Shown here piece after piece: positions 29,074 to 39,358 of a DNA stretch of 64,000 bases. The translations under genes and the position numbers were made by a program. Source of the DNA: an uncultured Spirochaetota bacterium. GTDB lineage: Bacteria; Spirochaetota; Spirochaetia; SZUA-6; Fen-1364. A model generated the notes under the pieces. That model had not been told where the DNA came from. It searched no databases and saw only the letters and a list, made by a program, of their open reading frames with translations. How positions within the stretch are numbered: the stretch's first letter is position 1; the number at the start of each line of letters is the position of its first letter. The stretch spans positions 416,001-480,000 of the forward strand of contig CAWAHW010000002.1 in the NCBI GenBank assembly GCA_963781885.1. Reading direction: 5' to 3'.

Positions 29074-30367
29074 GTCTCATCCCAAGCTGCAGGCGGCGGC
29101 TCGTGAAGCCATTGGCGGACAGCGCAGGGGGCTGACGGCCGTCCTGCCTTTCATCGGGCCCGCCTTTATTGCCTCCATCGCCTACATAGACCCTGGCAAC
29201 TTCGCAACAAACGTCCAAGGGGGTGCCCAGTTCGGTTATGCCCTGCTGTGGGTGGTCCTCTTGGCCAACTTGATGGCAATGCTCTTGCAGAGCCTTTCCG
29301 CCAAGTTGGGCATTGCCACCGGAAAGAATCTTGCGGAGATGTGCCGCGTTCGCTTCCCCGTATGGGTATGCTACGTCCTGTGGATTACACAGGAGCTTAC
29401 GGCAATGGCGACCGACCTTGCGGAGTTTCTCGGTGCGGCAATCGGTCTCAATCTGTTGCTGCACATTCCTCTGTTGCTGGCAGCAGCCCTGACAGGGGTA
29501 CTCGTTTTCGCCATTCTCGCGGTGACACAGAGAGGTTTTCGCGGCCTGGAGCTCTTTATCGGCGCCGCCGCCGGGGTGATCGCACTGTGCTACGTTGTAG
29601 AAACCCTTCTGGCAAAGCCCGATTGGAACCAGATACTCATTCATACCTTTGTGCCGAGCCTCCCGGGTAATGACGCCGTTCTTCTCTCGGTGGGCATCAT
29701 TGGCGCCACCGTCATGCCTCACGTGATCTATTTGCACTCCAGTCTTACGCAGAATCGCATCGTTCCGCACAGTGACCAGGACAAACGCAGGATATTCCAT
29801 TTTGAGAAGATCGACGTGATCGTGGCCATGGGCGTCGCGGGTTTGGTCAATATGGCGATGCTTTTCATGGCCGCGAAGGTCTTCAACCTCACGGGGCACG
29901 CGGATGTGGCAGAAATCACGACCGCGTATCAAACCCTCACTCCCCTGCTTGGAGGAGGTGCTGCCGCAGTGTTCTTGATCTCGCTGATTGCCTCGGGGAT
30001 TTCCAGCTCTCACGTGGGTACCATGGCGGGTCAGGTGGTCATGCAGGGGTTTGTCGGTTTTCGAATCCCCATATGGATCCGGCGAATGGCCACGATGATT
30101 CCCGCGCTGATCGCCATCGCTCTGGGGCTTGATCCCACACGAACGTTGGTCATAAGCCAGGTGGTCCTAAGCTTCACCCTGCCTATTCCCGTCATCACCC
30201 TGATCATGTTCACGAGAAATAGAACGATCATGGGATCCCTTGTGAATCGACGCCTGACGACGATCCTCGCCATCGTTTGTGCCGTGGTCATACTCTCCTT
30301 GAACATCGTATTATTGTACACAACGTTCGGCGGGCAGGTCAGTGTGGGAGGGCACAACGGTGGATGA
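29066..30367 (+). CDS. mntH: Nramp family Mn2+/Fe2+ transporter
   Basis: YIDPGNFAT, ATDLAEFLG, GATVMPH.IYLHS, SQVVLS. Confidence 0.95.
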   Translation: MSESHPKLQAAAREAIGGQRRGLTAVLPFIGPAFIASIAYIDPGNFATNVQGGAQFGYALLWVVLLANLMAMLLQSLSAKLGIATGKNLAEMCRVRFPVWVCYVLWITQELTAMATDLAEFLGAAIGLNLLLHIPLLLAAALTGVLVFAILAVTQRGFRGLELFIGAAAGVIALCYVVETLLAKPDWNQILIHTFVPSLPGNDAVLLSVGIIGATVMPHVIYLHSSLTQNRIVPHSDQDKRRIFHFEKIDVIVAMGVAGLVNMAMLFMAAKVFNLTGHADVAEITTAYQTLTPLLGGGAAAVFLISLIASGISSSHVGTMAGQVVMQGFVGFRIPIWIRRMATMIPALIAIALGLDPTRTLVISQVVLSFTLPIPVITLIMFTRNRTIMGSLVNRRLTTILAIVCAVVILSLNIVLLYTTFGGQVSVGGHNGG

Positions 30368-31301
30368 AAGAGTATTCCGGCACATCCTCTTCCCCTTGGA
30401 TGGGTCACGGCTTGCCGAATCTGCCCTCACCACGGCAGTATGGCTCGCCAGAGCCATGGACGCACAAGTGACCCTCGTCCACATCATCGAGAAGAACGCA
30501 CCTTCAGAAATCCATCGCGACAGGCACCTCGTGACCCCGGAAGAGGCGGACACCTACCTCCAGGAGATCTCCCGTCGCCCCACGCTGTCAGGTTTGCGCG
30601 TAGAGACGCACGTGCACACAGCAGAGGTAGGCGATGTCGCGCGCAGCATCGCTGAGCACTCCGCCGAGCTGGCGCCTGACCTCGTCGCCATGTGCACGCA
30701 CGGCAGAGGCGGTGCGCGGAGACTCCTGTTCGGAGTTATCGCGCAGCAAGTCATCTCGCTGGGGAAAACTCCGGTGCTGATGGTGCGTCCTTCGAAGGGG
30801 CCGCAATTCGTCGGAACGACGGGAGATTTTCGAACCATTCTTGCTCCTACTGATGGCAACCCGGGCCACGAGAAGGGCCTGCCGTTGGCAACGGAGATCG
30901 CACGGGCATTCCACAGCCGGCTCCATCTCCTCATGGTGGTGCCAGACGTGCGTCATTTGACCGGCTCCAGGGCCGCGACTTCGTTCCTTCTGCCGGGAGC
31001 CACTCGATTCAATCTAGAGGTCGAAAGTGAAGACGCACAAAAGTACCTCGACCGGCGCGCGGCAGAGCTGAGCCGGCAAGGTGTCCTGGTGGACCATGAA
31101 ACCTCCCGCGGAGACCCGGCCCGCGCCATCATATCCTCAGCGCGCCGCCTCTCGGCGGATCTTGTGGTGATGGGGACCCACGGACGGGCGGGGGCGGATG
31201 CATTCTGGGCAGAAAGCGTCGGTGCGCGTGTTGTGGCTCGCATTCAAGCGCCGCTGATGCTGGTTCCTCTGGACAGGACAGAGGTCCAAACGACCCGGTA
31301 A
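30360..31301 (+). CDS. Tandem universal stress protein (two USP domains)
   Basis: ILFPLDGS..AE, MCTHGRGG..R.LFG; ILAPTDG, DLVVMGTHGR. Confidence 0.88.
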   Translation: MDERVFRHILFPLDGSRLAESALTTAVWLARAMDAQVTLVHIIEKNAPSEIHRDRHLVTPEEADTYLQEISRRPTLSGLRVETHVHTAEVGDVARSIAEHSAELAPDLVAMCTHGRGGARRLLFGVIAQQVISLGKTPVLMVRPSKGPQFVGTTGDFRTILAPTDGNPGHEKGLPLATEIARAFHSRLHLLMVVPDVRHLTGSRAATSFLLPGATRFNLEVESEDAQKYLDRRAAELSRQGVLVDHETSRGDPARAIISSARRLSADLVVMGTHGRAGADAFWAESVGARVVARIQAPLMLVPLDRTEVQTTR

Positions 31302-31380
31302 TAAAGGAATCCGAATCATCGGATAGTGAAGCGGTCGACGGCGTGCGTGCGGGGTTGATGGGCCACTCAGTTGCCTTCGC

Positions 31381-32202
31381 TCAGCTCTTTCCCGTGCGCA
31401 TCCGCTCAATGATCTGCCGATGCTCGTTGAGAAACTCGAGGAAGTATTGCTGCACGTCGCCGAAGAACTGCCGCTGCATGAGCGCGCCGGGTCGGGTGAT
31501 GTAACGATAGTGCCAGCTCTCATAGCGGTAACCGGTGACCTGCTCAAAATCGGCAGGGTATGAAAGGGTGAAGCCGTACTGCCATGAATGTGCTGCCACC
31601 CACGCTCCCTCCTGCGTCTTTTCATAGCCGTCGCTGATCGTGCCGAAATCAATTGCCGTGCCGAGCTGGTGCTGGGAAAGGCCGGGGTGCGCAGATTCCC
31701 GGTCCGCGACCTCCTTGCCGTACATCTTCACCTCGCGTTCATAGACGCCTCTTTGGTAGTCGTAGGAACGATAGGTGGAGGAAAATGTGATGGATACACC
31801 GTCCCTCTTCGCTGCCTCGACCATCTCGAGCACCGCGGGCATGATTGCTTTTCGGAGCATGAGGTGCGGCCACGACGTTCGCACAGGGTAGTCCTTGAGG
31901 GCGACCAGATCCGGTGGCACATAGTCCATGCTCAGGGCATGCTGCTTGTCCACCAGCACGAAAAAGTCCGGCGGTTGGTCCAGCACCTGGGCAAGGAGGC
32001 GCAGGAAATCCTCCGGCCGCGCCATGATGCCGTCGCGAAGCTCCGCGGGGAGCGTTGCCGTCATTTGGCGCAGGTCGTCCGGGGAGATTGAGAACTCGGG
32101 TATGATCCGGCTGGCCGCCGCAGCTGCGGCGACCGAAATCAAGGCACAGGCGACCAGTGCGGAGGCACTGAGGAAAACCCGGCCCGCGTGACGCATCGGC
32201 AC
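31381..32202 (-). CDS. D-Ala-D-Ala carboxypeptidase, M15B (VanY/LdcB-like)
   Basis: STYRS, SAHPGLSQHQLGTAID, YESWHYRY; signal/TM at N-terminus. Confidence 0.88.
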   Translation of the reverse strand: MPMRHAGRVFLSASALVACALISVAAAAAASRIIPEFSISPDDLRQMTATLPAELRDGIMARPEDFLRLLAQVLDQPPDFFVLVDKQHALSMDYVPPDLVALKDYPVRTSWPHLMLRKAIMPAVLEMVEAAKRDGVSITFSSTYRSYDYQRGVYEREVKMYGKEVADRESAHPGLSQHQLGTAIDFGTISDGYEKTQEGAWVAAHSWQYGFTLSYPADFEQVTGYRYESWHYRYITRPGALMQRQFFGDVQQYFLEFLNEHRQIIERMRTGKS

Positions 32203-33113
32203 TAGAACTGCGCCAGGAAAAGCACCAGGCCGAAGAGAAAGAGGATCGCGGCGCCGCCGATCTCGATGACACGGCGAAGAACAGAGTCCCGCTCCTCGTG
32301 TCCTCCCGCCAGCGCCCGCACGACCCCCGTCTTGGCAAGAATCACGATGGCGCCGGTTATGGCGATCGTGGTGCCCATGCCGACTGAAATCGCTATCACC
32401 GACAACACGCTGACTCCCAGCATGTGGAGCGACAGGGCAAAGAGGATCACCGCCACGGCCCCCGGGCAGGGAATCGCGCCGGCAGGCACCGCGATTCCGA
32501 TCAGGCTCCTCATCGACAGATTCCGGGTGGCTTCCTCCGCATGGAGATGGTGGTGGTGAGCCTTTCCCCTTATGCGTCCGAAAAGCATGACGGCGCCGAG
32601 GATGGCGATGATCCCGAAGGTCGCAAGCTGGATGTAGTGATCGGCCTGCTCGATGCCGACCGAGAAAAGGCCGCGAATGACGTAATAGAGGATAAGAACC
32701 ACGGCGAGTGCCGCCAACGCGTGAACGACCGCGATCATATAGCCGATCACAATGCTATGGCGGAGCTTTGCATCGTTGGCAAGAAAGAACGACGAGACGA
32801 TCGTCTTTCCGTGGCCGGGGCCGGCCGCGTGGAACATTCCGTACACCAGCGACACGAACATGACGAAGAGGAGCCCCGCGAGGGACCGCGAACCCTGCAG
32901 GGAGCGCGTGATGGAGGCCATGCTCTCGTTCAGGGTCTTCTGGATGGGGGCCATGGCGTTGAACAGGAACGCGGAAAAGCCCGAGGTCATCACGTGGAGA
33001 AAACTCTCCGTATGGACACCGGAGCTTTTCGCGGTGAAGGGATTGGATCCTTCCTGGCCGAAGCAGGGGACGGCAAGAATGAAGACGACGAGGACAAGGG
33101 CGGTTCTTCTCAT
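32202..33113 (-). CDS. NicO/RcnA-like Ni/Co/Zn transporter (ZevB-like)
   Basis: YGMFHAAGPGHGKT, HHHHLH loop, IPCPGA. Confidence 0.88.
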   Translation of the reverse strand: MRRTALVLVVFILAVPCFGQEGSNPFTAKSSGVHTESFLHVMTSGFSAFLFNAMAPIQKTLNESMASITRSLQGSRSLAGLLFVMFVSLVYGMFHAAGPGHGKTIVSSFFLANDAKLRHSIVIGYMIAVVHALAALAVVLILYYVIRGLFSVGIEQADHYIQLATFGIIAILGAVMLFGRIRGKAHHHHLHAEEATRNLSMRSLIGIAVPAGAIPCPGAVAVILFALSLHMLGVSVLSVIAISVGMGTTIAITGAIVILAKTGVVRALAGGHEERDSVLRRVIEIGGAAILFLFGLVLFLAQF

Positions 33114-33709
33114 GAGCTCCTCTTGAATCTGATCACGAGCTGATCGGGCATGTACTGGCCGGGCCAGAGCGGCTTCACCTTTGTCTTTTCGATCGCGAGG
33201 TCGCAGGCGACGTCCGCGCCCGCCTTCACGGTCACGTCGCTCAGATGCAGAAGATCGAATGCGACGTAGTAGCTGTCATCATAGACCGTGAGGCGCACGG
33301 TACTTTCTGAAGACTCAACGGGTATCTTCAGCGGGATGAAAAAGCTGTAGACGAGCTTGGTCTGATCGGCGACGCTCGGACTGAATTGCTCTATCGTGAA
33401 GTGACTGACTGCCTTCTTCCCGACCACCAGCGCGATGAAGTAGTGATAGTTTTCCAAGTTGTCGAAAGCGCCCGCCTTCAGCGCCTTGGCCCGGGCGGCG
33501 TCGAACTGGAAGGTGTGGTTCGGATCGTAGTCGGTCAGGATCATGTTTGAGAACATTTCATCGAAGGTCCACGTGAAATCGATCCCCTGCAGCATTCCCT
33601 GATCGAAGACCACCGTCGTGCGGTTGTTCACGAAGACGTGTGGATGGGCGAAGACGGGCATCGCGCCCATCACGAGCGCCATGCCAAGGCCGAGAATGAC
33701 GCGCCTCAT
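33110..33709 (-). CDS. DUF1007 periplasmic metal-binding protein (ZevA-like)
   Basis: Signal peptide followed by HPHVF, WTFDEMFS, YDDSYY. Confidence 0.88.
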   Translation of the reverse strand: MRRVILGLGMALVMGAMPVFAHPHVFVNNRTTVVFDQGMLQGIDFTWTFDEMFSNMILTDYDPNHTFQFDAARAKALKAGAFDNLENYHYFIALVVGKKAVSHFTIEQFSPSVADQTKLVYSFFIPLKIPVESSESTVRLTVYDDSYYVAFDLLHLSDVTVKAGADVACDLAIEKTKVKPLWPGQYMPDQLVIRFKRSS

Positions 33710-34632
33710 TGTCCTGGCGCCTCCGGATTTGAAGGCAGGATTGTTTCACCTGCCTGAATGGCGAAGTTCTGCTGGAGGAAAGCGTCCAGCGTTCTCGCCG
33801 TATCGCCGAGCATCGCTGTCAGGCCGACGGTCTCAGTTCCCGGCGCTGCAAAGCGCGCGAGGAAGCGTTGAAAGTACGCGGACGCGTATTTCAGCGGCTG
33901 CTGCATCAGGTAGGCCTGGAACTCGTTCACGGCGAGAAAGCGATCGCCGCCGTCATAACCCAGGGAATCAAGGAAGTCAATGTAGAATTGTCGCTCGTCC
34001 GCGGGGAGGGAATCCCAGAGCTGGAAGCAGTAGTCCCTGTAGGCTGCGGAAGAAAAGAATATGCCGTGGAAGGACTCGTGGGTCAGGAGGTATCTCCGCT
34101 CGATCTCCGATGAGGCGCGCGAGATGCCCAGCACGCCGCCCGTGCCCGGTGATACCTCGTCTCCGGCGGAAATCAGGATTCCCTCGCGCACGGCAAGTGT
34201 CTCCAGAGCCTTCTCTTCGGGGTTCAGCGGAAAGCCCTGCGCGGAAGCGGCATTGTAGAATGCGGCGAGCCCGTCAGGACCGTAGTCGTGCGCGTTCCAG
34301 CCATGACGACCGGCGAGCTCTGCATTTGTCATAAGCTTCCCGCGGAATCCCTTCTTCTCGACGAAGTAGGCCAGGCGCGTGAACATCCGGTCCTGAACGT
34401 GAAAGTCGATTGCATCGATGACGATGATGTCGGGGAAACGGTCCCAGCGGAACACCTCCAGCGCCGGAGAATGCCATGCGCGGATGGGGGTCGTCATGAG
34501 CTGTTGCAGGCTCGCGGGAATAGGATCGCCGATCGACCTGACGACGGGCGCCGGCGTTGCAGGCGTAGCCAGGGCGGTCGCGGGGAGTGCCAGGATTGAC
34601 ACTGCCAGGAAAAGCGGGCGAAAACGAATCAC
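33706..34632 (-). CDS. Exported hypothetical protein with HExxH motif (possible zinc metallopeptidase)
   Basis: GTG after purine-rich RBS; signal peptide; THESFHG and NEFQAY. Confidence 0.7.
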   Translation of the reverse strand: MIRFRPLFLAVSILALPATALATPATPAPVVRSIGDPIPASLQQLMTTPIRAWHSPALEVFRWDRFPDIIVIDAIDFHVQDRMFTRLAYFVEKKGFRGKLMTNAELAGRHGWNAHDYGPDGLAAFYNAASAQGFPLNPEEKALETLAVREGILISAGDEVSPGTGGVLGISRASSEIERRYLLTHESFHGIFFSSAAYRDYCFQLWDSLPADERQFYIDFLDSLGYDGGDRFLAVNEFQAYLMQQPLKYASAYFQRFLARFAAPGTETVGLTAMLGDTARTLDAFLQQNFAIQAGETILPSNPEAPGQ

Positions 34633-34804
34633 GGTCAGTTGAGGTAACCCCTCCCTACGTATCCGGTATCGGCGGACTTGCACCTGTACCTGATGGTCGC
34701 CGTGCCGCGTCCGGCCAAACGTCGTCACGAATTGAATATATGCGTTTCCGGTGCCAACGGCCCGGCCATTGCCACCCTTGCCTGTCCGGCGGTAATTTCT
34801 TTCC

Positions 34805-35509
34805 ATGAATAGCCAAAAGATCGGCCTTCTCCTGGTGTCATGGCTCGCGGTCTCCGTCTCCTCATTTTCACTCGGCATATTCGAGCGGCCCGTGACGCTG
34901 GCAGGGAACGTCATCCCGAATCCATCGGCGGCTCCCGATTTCAGTTTGAGCGATCAGCACGGGCTCCCGTTCCACATGGCGGACGCCAAGGGCAAGGTCG
35001 TGGTGATCTCTTTCATCTACACCCATTGCACCGATCTCTGTCCGTTCATCACGATGAAGCTCAAGAGCGCGCAAAATCTTCTGGGCAAGGACGCAGACAA
35101 GGCCATCTTCGTGGCCGTTACTACTGACCCCGATCGCGACACGCAAAAGGTCATCGCCGCCTACAGCCAGGCCGTCGGGTTCTTCGACTCCTGGCATTTC
35201 CTGACAGGACCCATGACCGCGGTCAAGGACGTCTGGTTCAAATATGGCGTGGGGGTGGACATTCAGAAGTCAGACGACGCAGCGGACAGCGGTAGCGCGG
35301 TTGACGCGCCCGAGCCCACGGAGGGTCTTTCTCCCGCAGAGGCCGACCTCGCGCGAACCGTTGCCGTCAAGTTCGGCGGTGGGTACGACGTCTCTCACGC
35401 CGCGCCTTTCTGGATCGTCGACCGGCAAGGGAGGATCCGTGTTTTCCTGGACGCCGACGCGAAACCCTCCGAGATCGCGGACGACATGCGCGCGCTCATG
35501 AAAAGCTGA
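34805..35509 (+). CDS. SCO1/SenC family copper chaperone (paralog of 1960-2661)
   Basis: FIYTHCTDLCP, YDVSH; long identical stretches shared with the first copy. Confidence 0.9.
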   Translation: MNSQKIGLLLVSWLAVSVSSFSLGIFERPVTLAGNVIPNPSAAPDFSLSDQHGLPFHMADAKGKVVVISFIYTHCTDLCPFITMKLKSAQNLLGKDADKAIFVAVTTDPDRDTQKVIAAYSQAVGFFDSWHFLTGPMTAVKDVWFKYGVGVDIQKSDDAADSGSAVDAPEPTEGLSPAEADLARTVAVKFGGGYDVSHAAPFWIVDRQGRIRVFLDADAKPSEIADDMRALMKS

Positions 35510-35744
35510 GCTGGCGCTTTCGTCTTCTTGCAACCGTCACGGAGCCGGCGGCAGGGCCGGAGCTGCACCAGAAGAAACCGGCCAGTAAAAAAGAGATGTG
35601 TCGCTTGAATGGATTCGGAAAAAACACTACAAAACGATTCCTGTTGGTTGAAATTGTACCGACTTGGACGCATGGGAATTAGAAGTGTCTCCATAACGGG
35701 TGCGGCACGCTACGTTCGGGGCCGAAAACATGGACCGGTGAGGA

Positions 35745-36684
35745 ATGGGAAGACAGTACAGGCAATTCAAGACGATCCAGATCGCTGCGCGGCTGCTGCC
35801 GCGCAGCGTGATGTACCGCATAGGAGACGCGGTCGCCCAGCTCTACTTCAAATGGGACGCGCGCGCCCGAAGCGCCGTTGCCGGCAATCTGCGGCGGATA
35901 TATGCCGTCAACAAGCGCAGGCCGGCAGCCCCCGAGATCAATCGTCTTGCCCTCGCAGTATTCCGCGGCCTGGCGTGGAACTTCATCGACTTCTTTCATT
36001 TCATACGAATCGCTCCGGGCGCCCGCCGACGCCTCTTCACGACGGCTGGTCTCCACCACCTCGATGACGCGCTGGCACTCGGAAAGGGTGTGATCATGAC
36101 GTCAGGCCATCTTGGGGCCTTCGAAATGGGCGCCCTGATCGTGACTGCCAAGCGGTTATCGCCCCAGCCAGATCGTCCGGCCGTGGGAAGATCCGCGTGC
36201 CAACTCCCTTTTCGCGCGGCAACGGACGCGTCGCGGCGTCGATGTCATTCACCTTGGCAATGCAGCGGGGGGAAGCCTGCGTGTCTTGCGCAAGGGCGGC
36301 ATTGTCGCGATCCTCGGCGATATCGACTACACCCAGCGTGACGATCGAACGCTCTTCATGGGCGCGGAGGCGCGCCTTCCCGTCGGCCCGGCGCGGCTCA
36401 GCATCAAGACCGGGGCTCCCGTCGTTCCCTTCTTCGTCTTGCGCCGCCCCGGGCGTCGCTACGACTTGCGCTTTTATCCGCCGATCGTCCCCACCTCGAA
36501 CACAACTCTGGAGGACCTCCGCCTGCAAATTGTCAGGGTCCTCGAAAATGCCATCCAGGAGAACCCTGAACAGTGGATCCTGTTTTTCGATTTTTGGGAC
36601 TGTGCGCTGAGCCTGGATCTTGCTCGAGAGGGATTTGCAGTGCTCGCGCGATCGGGAAGAAGGCGGGACCTCACCGCAGTATAG
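35745..36684 (+). CDS. Lysophospholipid / lipid A acyltransferase (HtrB/LpxL family); frameshift near 36150
   Basis: GKGVIMTSGHLGAFE, ILGD, FMG, PVGPARL, PEQW; removing one C rejoins the two ORFs. Confidence 0.82.
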
Positions 36685-36713
36685 GCGAAGTCAGGGAATG
36701 GGCGTCGCGGCGG

Positions 36714-37145
36714 TCAGATCTGATAGTTGAGGGTACTCTCTTGTCCGGCCTGGACGAGAGATTCCAGCGTCACTTTTTCAAGGGTATCCAGCACTGTCTT
36801 GTCCAGAAGCGTCCAGACGGCTTCCACGGGGTGTGCATCCGCAGCATCCATCCCCTGCCGCCAACGGGGTCCCGTGGCCGGAGCGAACATGCCCTCCATG
36901 ACCTGGACGATCTCCCTGACGGTGATGGAGCTCGGCTCCCGCCCAAGGGCATAGCCGCCGTGGGCGCCACGGAAGGAGCTGACCAGGCCTGCCCCACGGA
37001 GCGAAATGACGAGCTTGCTGAGATACTTCTCCGAGATGTTGTGGATGCTCGCGATGTCCCTGAGGAACACCGGCTGTGCTCCGTATTTCAGCGCAAGCTC
37101 GTACATCAACTTCAGCCCATAACGGCTCCGCGTCGAAATCAGCAA
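36714..37145 (-). CDS. Rrf2 family transcriptional regulator lacking Fe-S cysteines
   Basis: ISTRSRYG, ISEKYL, SFRGAHGGY, C-terminal YQI; upstream TTGACT-N17-TATCCT (37194-37166). Confidence 0.88.
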   Translation of the reverse strand: MLISTRSRYGLKLMYELALKYGAQPVFLRDIASIHNISEKYLSKLVISLRGAGLVSSFRGAHGGYALGREPSSITVREIVQVMEGMFAPATGPRWRQGMDAADAHPVEAVWTLLDKTVLDTLEKVTLESLVQAGQESTLNYQI

Positions 37146-37255
37146 TCTTGCAATACTCCCTGCACAGGATATTCAAACGCTCCCGGCCAGTCAACGTGCC
37201 GGTCTTCTGTTGTGCCTGCTCGATCCCTCGGAAATCACGCGCGATGCGCGCGCGC

Positions 37256-38062
37256 TCACGGGCTGCCGAGCCGGCGTTTGCGTCGTCGACCCGCGACGAT
37301 CAGCCAGAGTGCGAGCGCGCCCGCAAGAAAAATGGTGACGGAGGCGACCACCCTCATCGTCATGAAAACAAGGGTGTGGCTTTGCGGGTCCACCCGGAAG
37401 CAGATCCGAAAAAGCCTTGCTATCGTCGGCCCGATTTTCCCCTGTTGTGCCTCCATGAGCGCGAGCTTCAGGTCCGCGGGAAGGAAGTCCGCCCCCAGCA
37501 TGTACCGCACGATCTCTCCATGCGCGGACAGGATGAAAATGGCGACGGGATGATCGAACCCGTTTCCATTCTGCCGATAGTGGAAGCCGATCGACTCCGC
37601 CACCGCGTGAATATTTTTTTCGTTGCCGGTCAAGAATCTCCATGAATCAGGGGGGAACGGTTTCTGAATCGTCTCCAGCCCGATCCTTTTTGCTTTGCGC
37701 GCATCCGCCGGCGCCTCCGATGGATCGATGCTTATCGTGACGACATTGTAGTCCTTGCCCGGCTCGGCGGGGAGGGGACCCAGCACGCCGGCAATCCCCG
37801 TGATCAGGTAATCGCAGACATTCGGACATCGGTAATAGACCAACGCGAGGATCGTCGGCGCCGTTACGAGCTGCCGCAGGGTGATGGGATCGCCGTTTTC
37901 GTCGGCGAAAGACGTGTCCAGGGGGATGGTTGCCCCGAGCTTCTGCTCGATGCCAATGTCGTCGAATGCCGATGCGGCGCCCTGTGCGTGCAGGGATATT
38001 GCGGGAAGGCAGAGCACGCACGCCGCGAGAAACACGCCCCAACGCGCATGGGAGGTCATCAT
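37256..38062 (-). CDS. SCO1/SenC family protein with C-terminal TM (oxidase/ACIII-associated type)
   Basis: IGIEQKLG, YYRCPNVC, ISIDP, WRFLTG, FDHP. Confidence 0.85.
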   Translation of the reverse strand: MMTSHARWGVFLAACVLCLPAISLHAQGAASAFDDIGIEQKLGATIPLDTSFADENGDPITLRQLVTAPTILALVYYRCPNVCDYLITGIAGVLGPLPAEPGKDYNVVTISIDPSEAPADARKAKRIGLETIQKPFPPDSWRFLTGNEKNIHAVAESIGFHYRQNGNGFDHPVAIFILSAHGEIVRYMLGADFLPADLKLALMEAQQGKIGPTIARLFRICFRVDPQSHTLVFMTMRVVASVTIFLAGALALWLIVAGRRRKRRLGSP

Positions 38063-38149
38063 TGTCTAAGGTAGAGACACGACGCCGTCATGGCAAGTCC
38101 GGCACGAAACGTGCACGGTCAAGAAGATCCCGCGCGTCGGTCGAAGCCC

Positions 38150-39358
38150 TTACAAGTAGGCGTTCTCTCCCAGCTCCGCCGAATCCAGGCCTTTTTCTTC
38201 CTCATTTTCAGCGACATGGACCCGAGTGATCTTGTTGATCACCCACAAGGCGCCATAGGTGAAAAGGAACGCATAAGCGGCAGCTCCGAAACCGGCGGCA
38301 GCCTGTTTGCCAAGAAATACCCAGCCGCCGCGGAGAGCGCCGTCGAAACCGGACGCATTCACGGCCGCGCTTCCAAAAACCCCGAGGCAGAGAATGCCGA
38401 GCAGTCCGCCGACTCCGTGCACGCCCCACACGTCCAGCGCGTCATCCAGATGCACCCTGTTTTTGAAGGTGATCGCCAGGTAGCAGACGCAACCGGCAAG
38501 GACGCCGATGAGGATGGCTGCCCCGGGCGTCACGTAGCCCGCGGCAGGAGTGATGCAGGCCAGTCCCGCTATGGATCCCGTGAGCAGCCCGAGGAACTTG
38601 GGCTTTTTCTCGAAGATCCACGCGAGGATCAGCCACGTCACCGCCGCGAAGGAGGCGGCAAGATCGGTGTTCAGGAACGCAAGCCCCGTGATCTGGTCCA
38701 CCCGCAGCTCGCTTCCCGCGTTGAAGCCGTACCAGCCGAACCACAGGAGGCCCGTGCCAAGGGCGACCAGGGGAATGCTGTGGGGACCGCGGTCCTTCAC
38801 GTGCCGCGGCCCGACGAAGAAGACGGACGCGAGCGCCGCGAATCCCGCCGATGCGTGCACGACGATCCCCCCGGCAAAATCCCGGACGCCCCATTGCGCG
38901 AGCAGTCCGTTGCCCCACACCATGTGGACCAGGGGGAAGTAGACGAAGATGAGCCAGACGATGAGGAAAATAAAGTACGCCGTGAACCTGACCCTGTTGG
39001 CGAATGCGCCCGTGATGAGGGCCGGGGTGATGATGGCGAACATCATTTGGTAGACGATGAAAGCAAAGAGCGGTATCTGTCCGTCGGCGAACGGCGTGTT
39101 CAGGCTCACGCCGTTGAGGAAAGCCATCCGCAAGTCACCGATCACGGCCCCTGCTCCCCCTGAGAAGCACAACGAGTAGCCGAACGCGAACCAGATGACG
39201 TCCACCACCGCCAGGGAGAGGAAGCTCTGGATCATGATCGTGAGGACGTTCTTTCTCCCGACCAAGCCGCCGTAAAAGAATGCGAGACCCGGCGTCATCA
39301 GCATGACGAGGCTGGCCGCGATGAGCATGAAACCAGTATTGCCGGTGTCGAAGTGCAT
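38150..39358 (-). CDS. amt: Ammonium transporter (second Amt)
   Basis: MTPGLAFFYGGL, DFAGGIVVH, GWYGFNAGS, DDALDVWGVHG. Confidence 0.95.
   Translation of the reverse strand: MHFDTGNTGFMLIAASLVMLMTPGLAFFYGGLVGRKNVLTIMIQSFLSLAVVDVIWFAFGYSLCFSGGAGAVIGDLRMAFLNGVSLNTPFADGQIPLFAFIVYQMMFAIITPALITGAFANRVRFTAYFIFLIVWLIFVYFPLVHMVWGNGLLAQWGVRDFAGGIVVHASAGFAALASVFFVGPRHVKDRGPHSIPLVALGTGLLWFGWYGFNAGSELRVDQITGLAFLNTDLAASFAAVTWLILAWIFEKKPKFLGLLTGSIAGLACITPAAGYVTPGAAILIGVLAGCVCYLAITFKNRVHLDDALDVWGVHGVGGLLGILCLGVFGSAAVNASGFDGALRGGWVFLGKQAAAGFGAAAYAFLFTYGALWVINKITRVHVAENEEEKGLDSAELGENAYL

Noticed and set aside
38100-38116. Sigma-54-like CGGCAC-GAAAC-GTGCA
   Set aside because: Imperfect match, and it points antisense into amt with no plausible downstream gene
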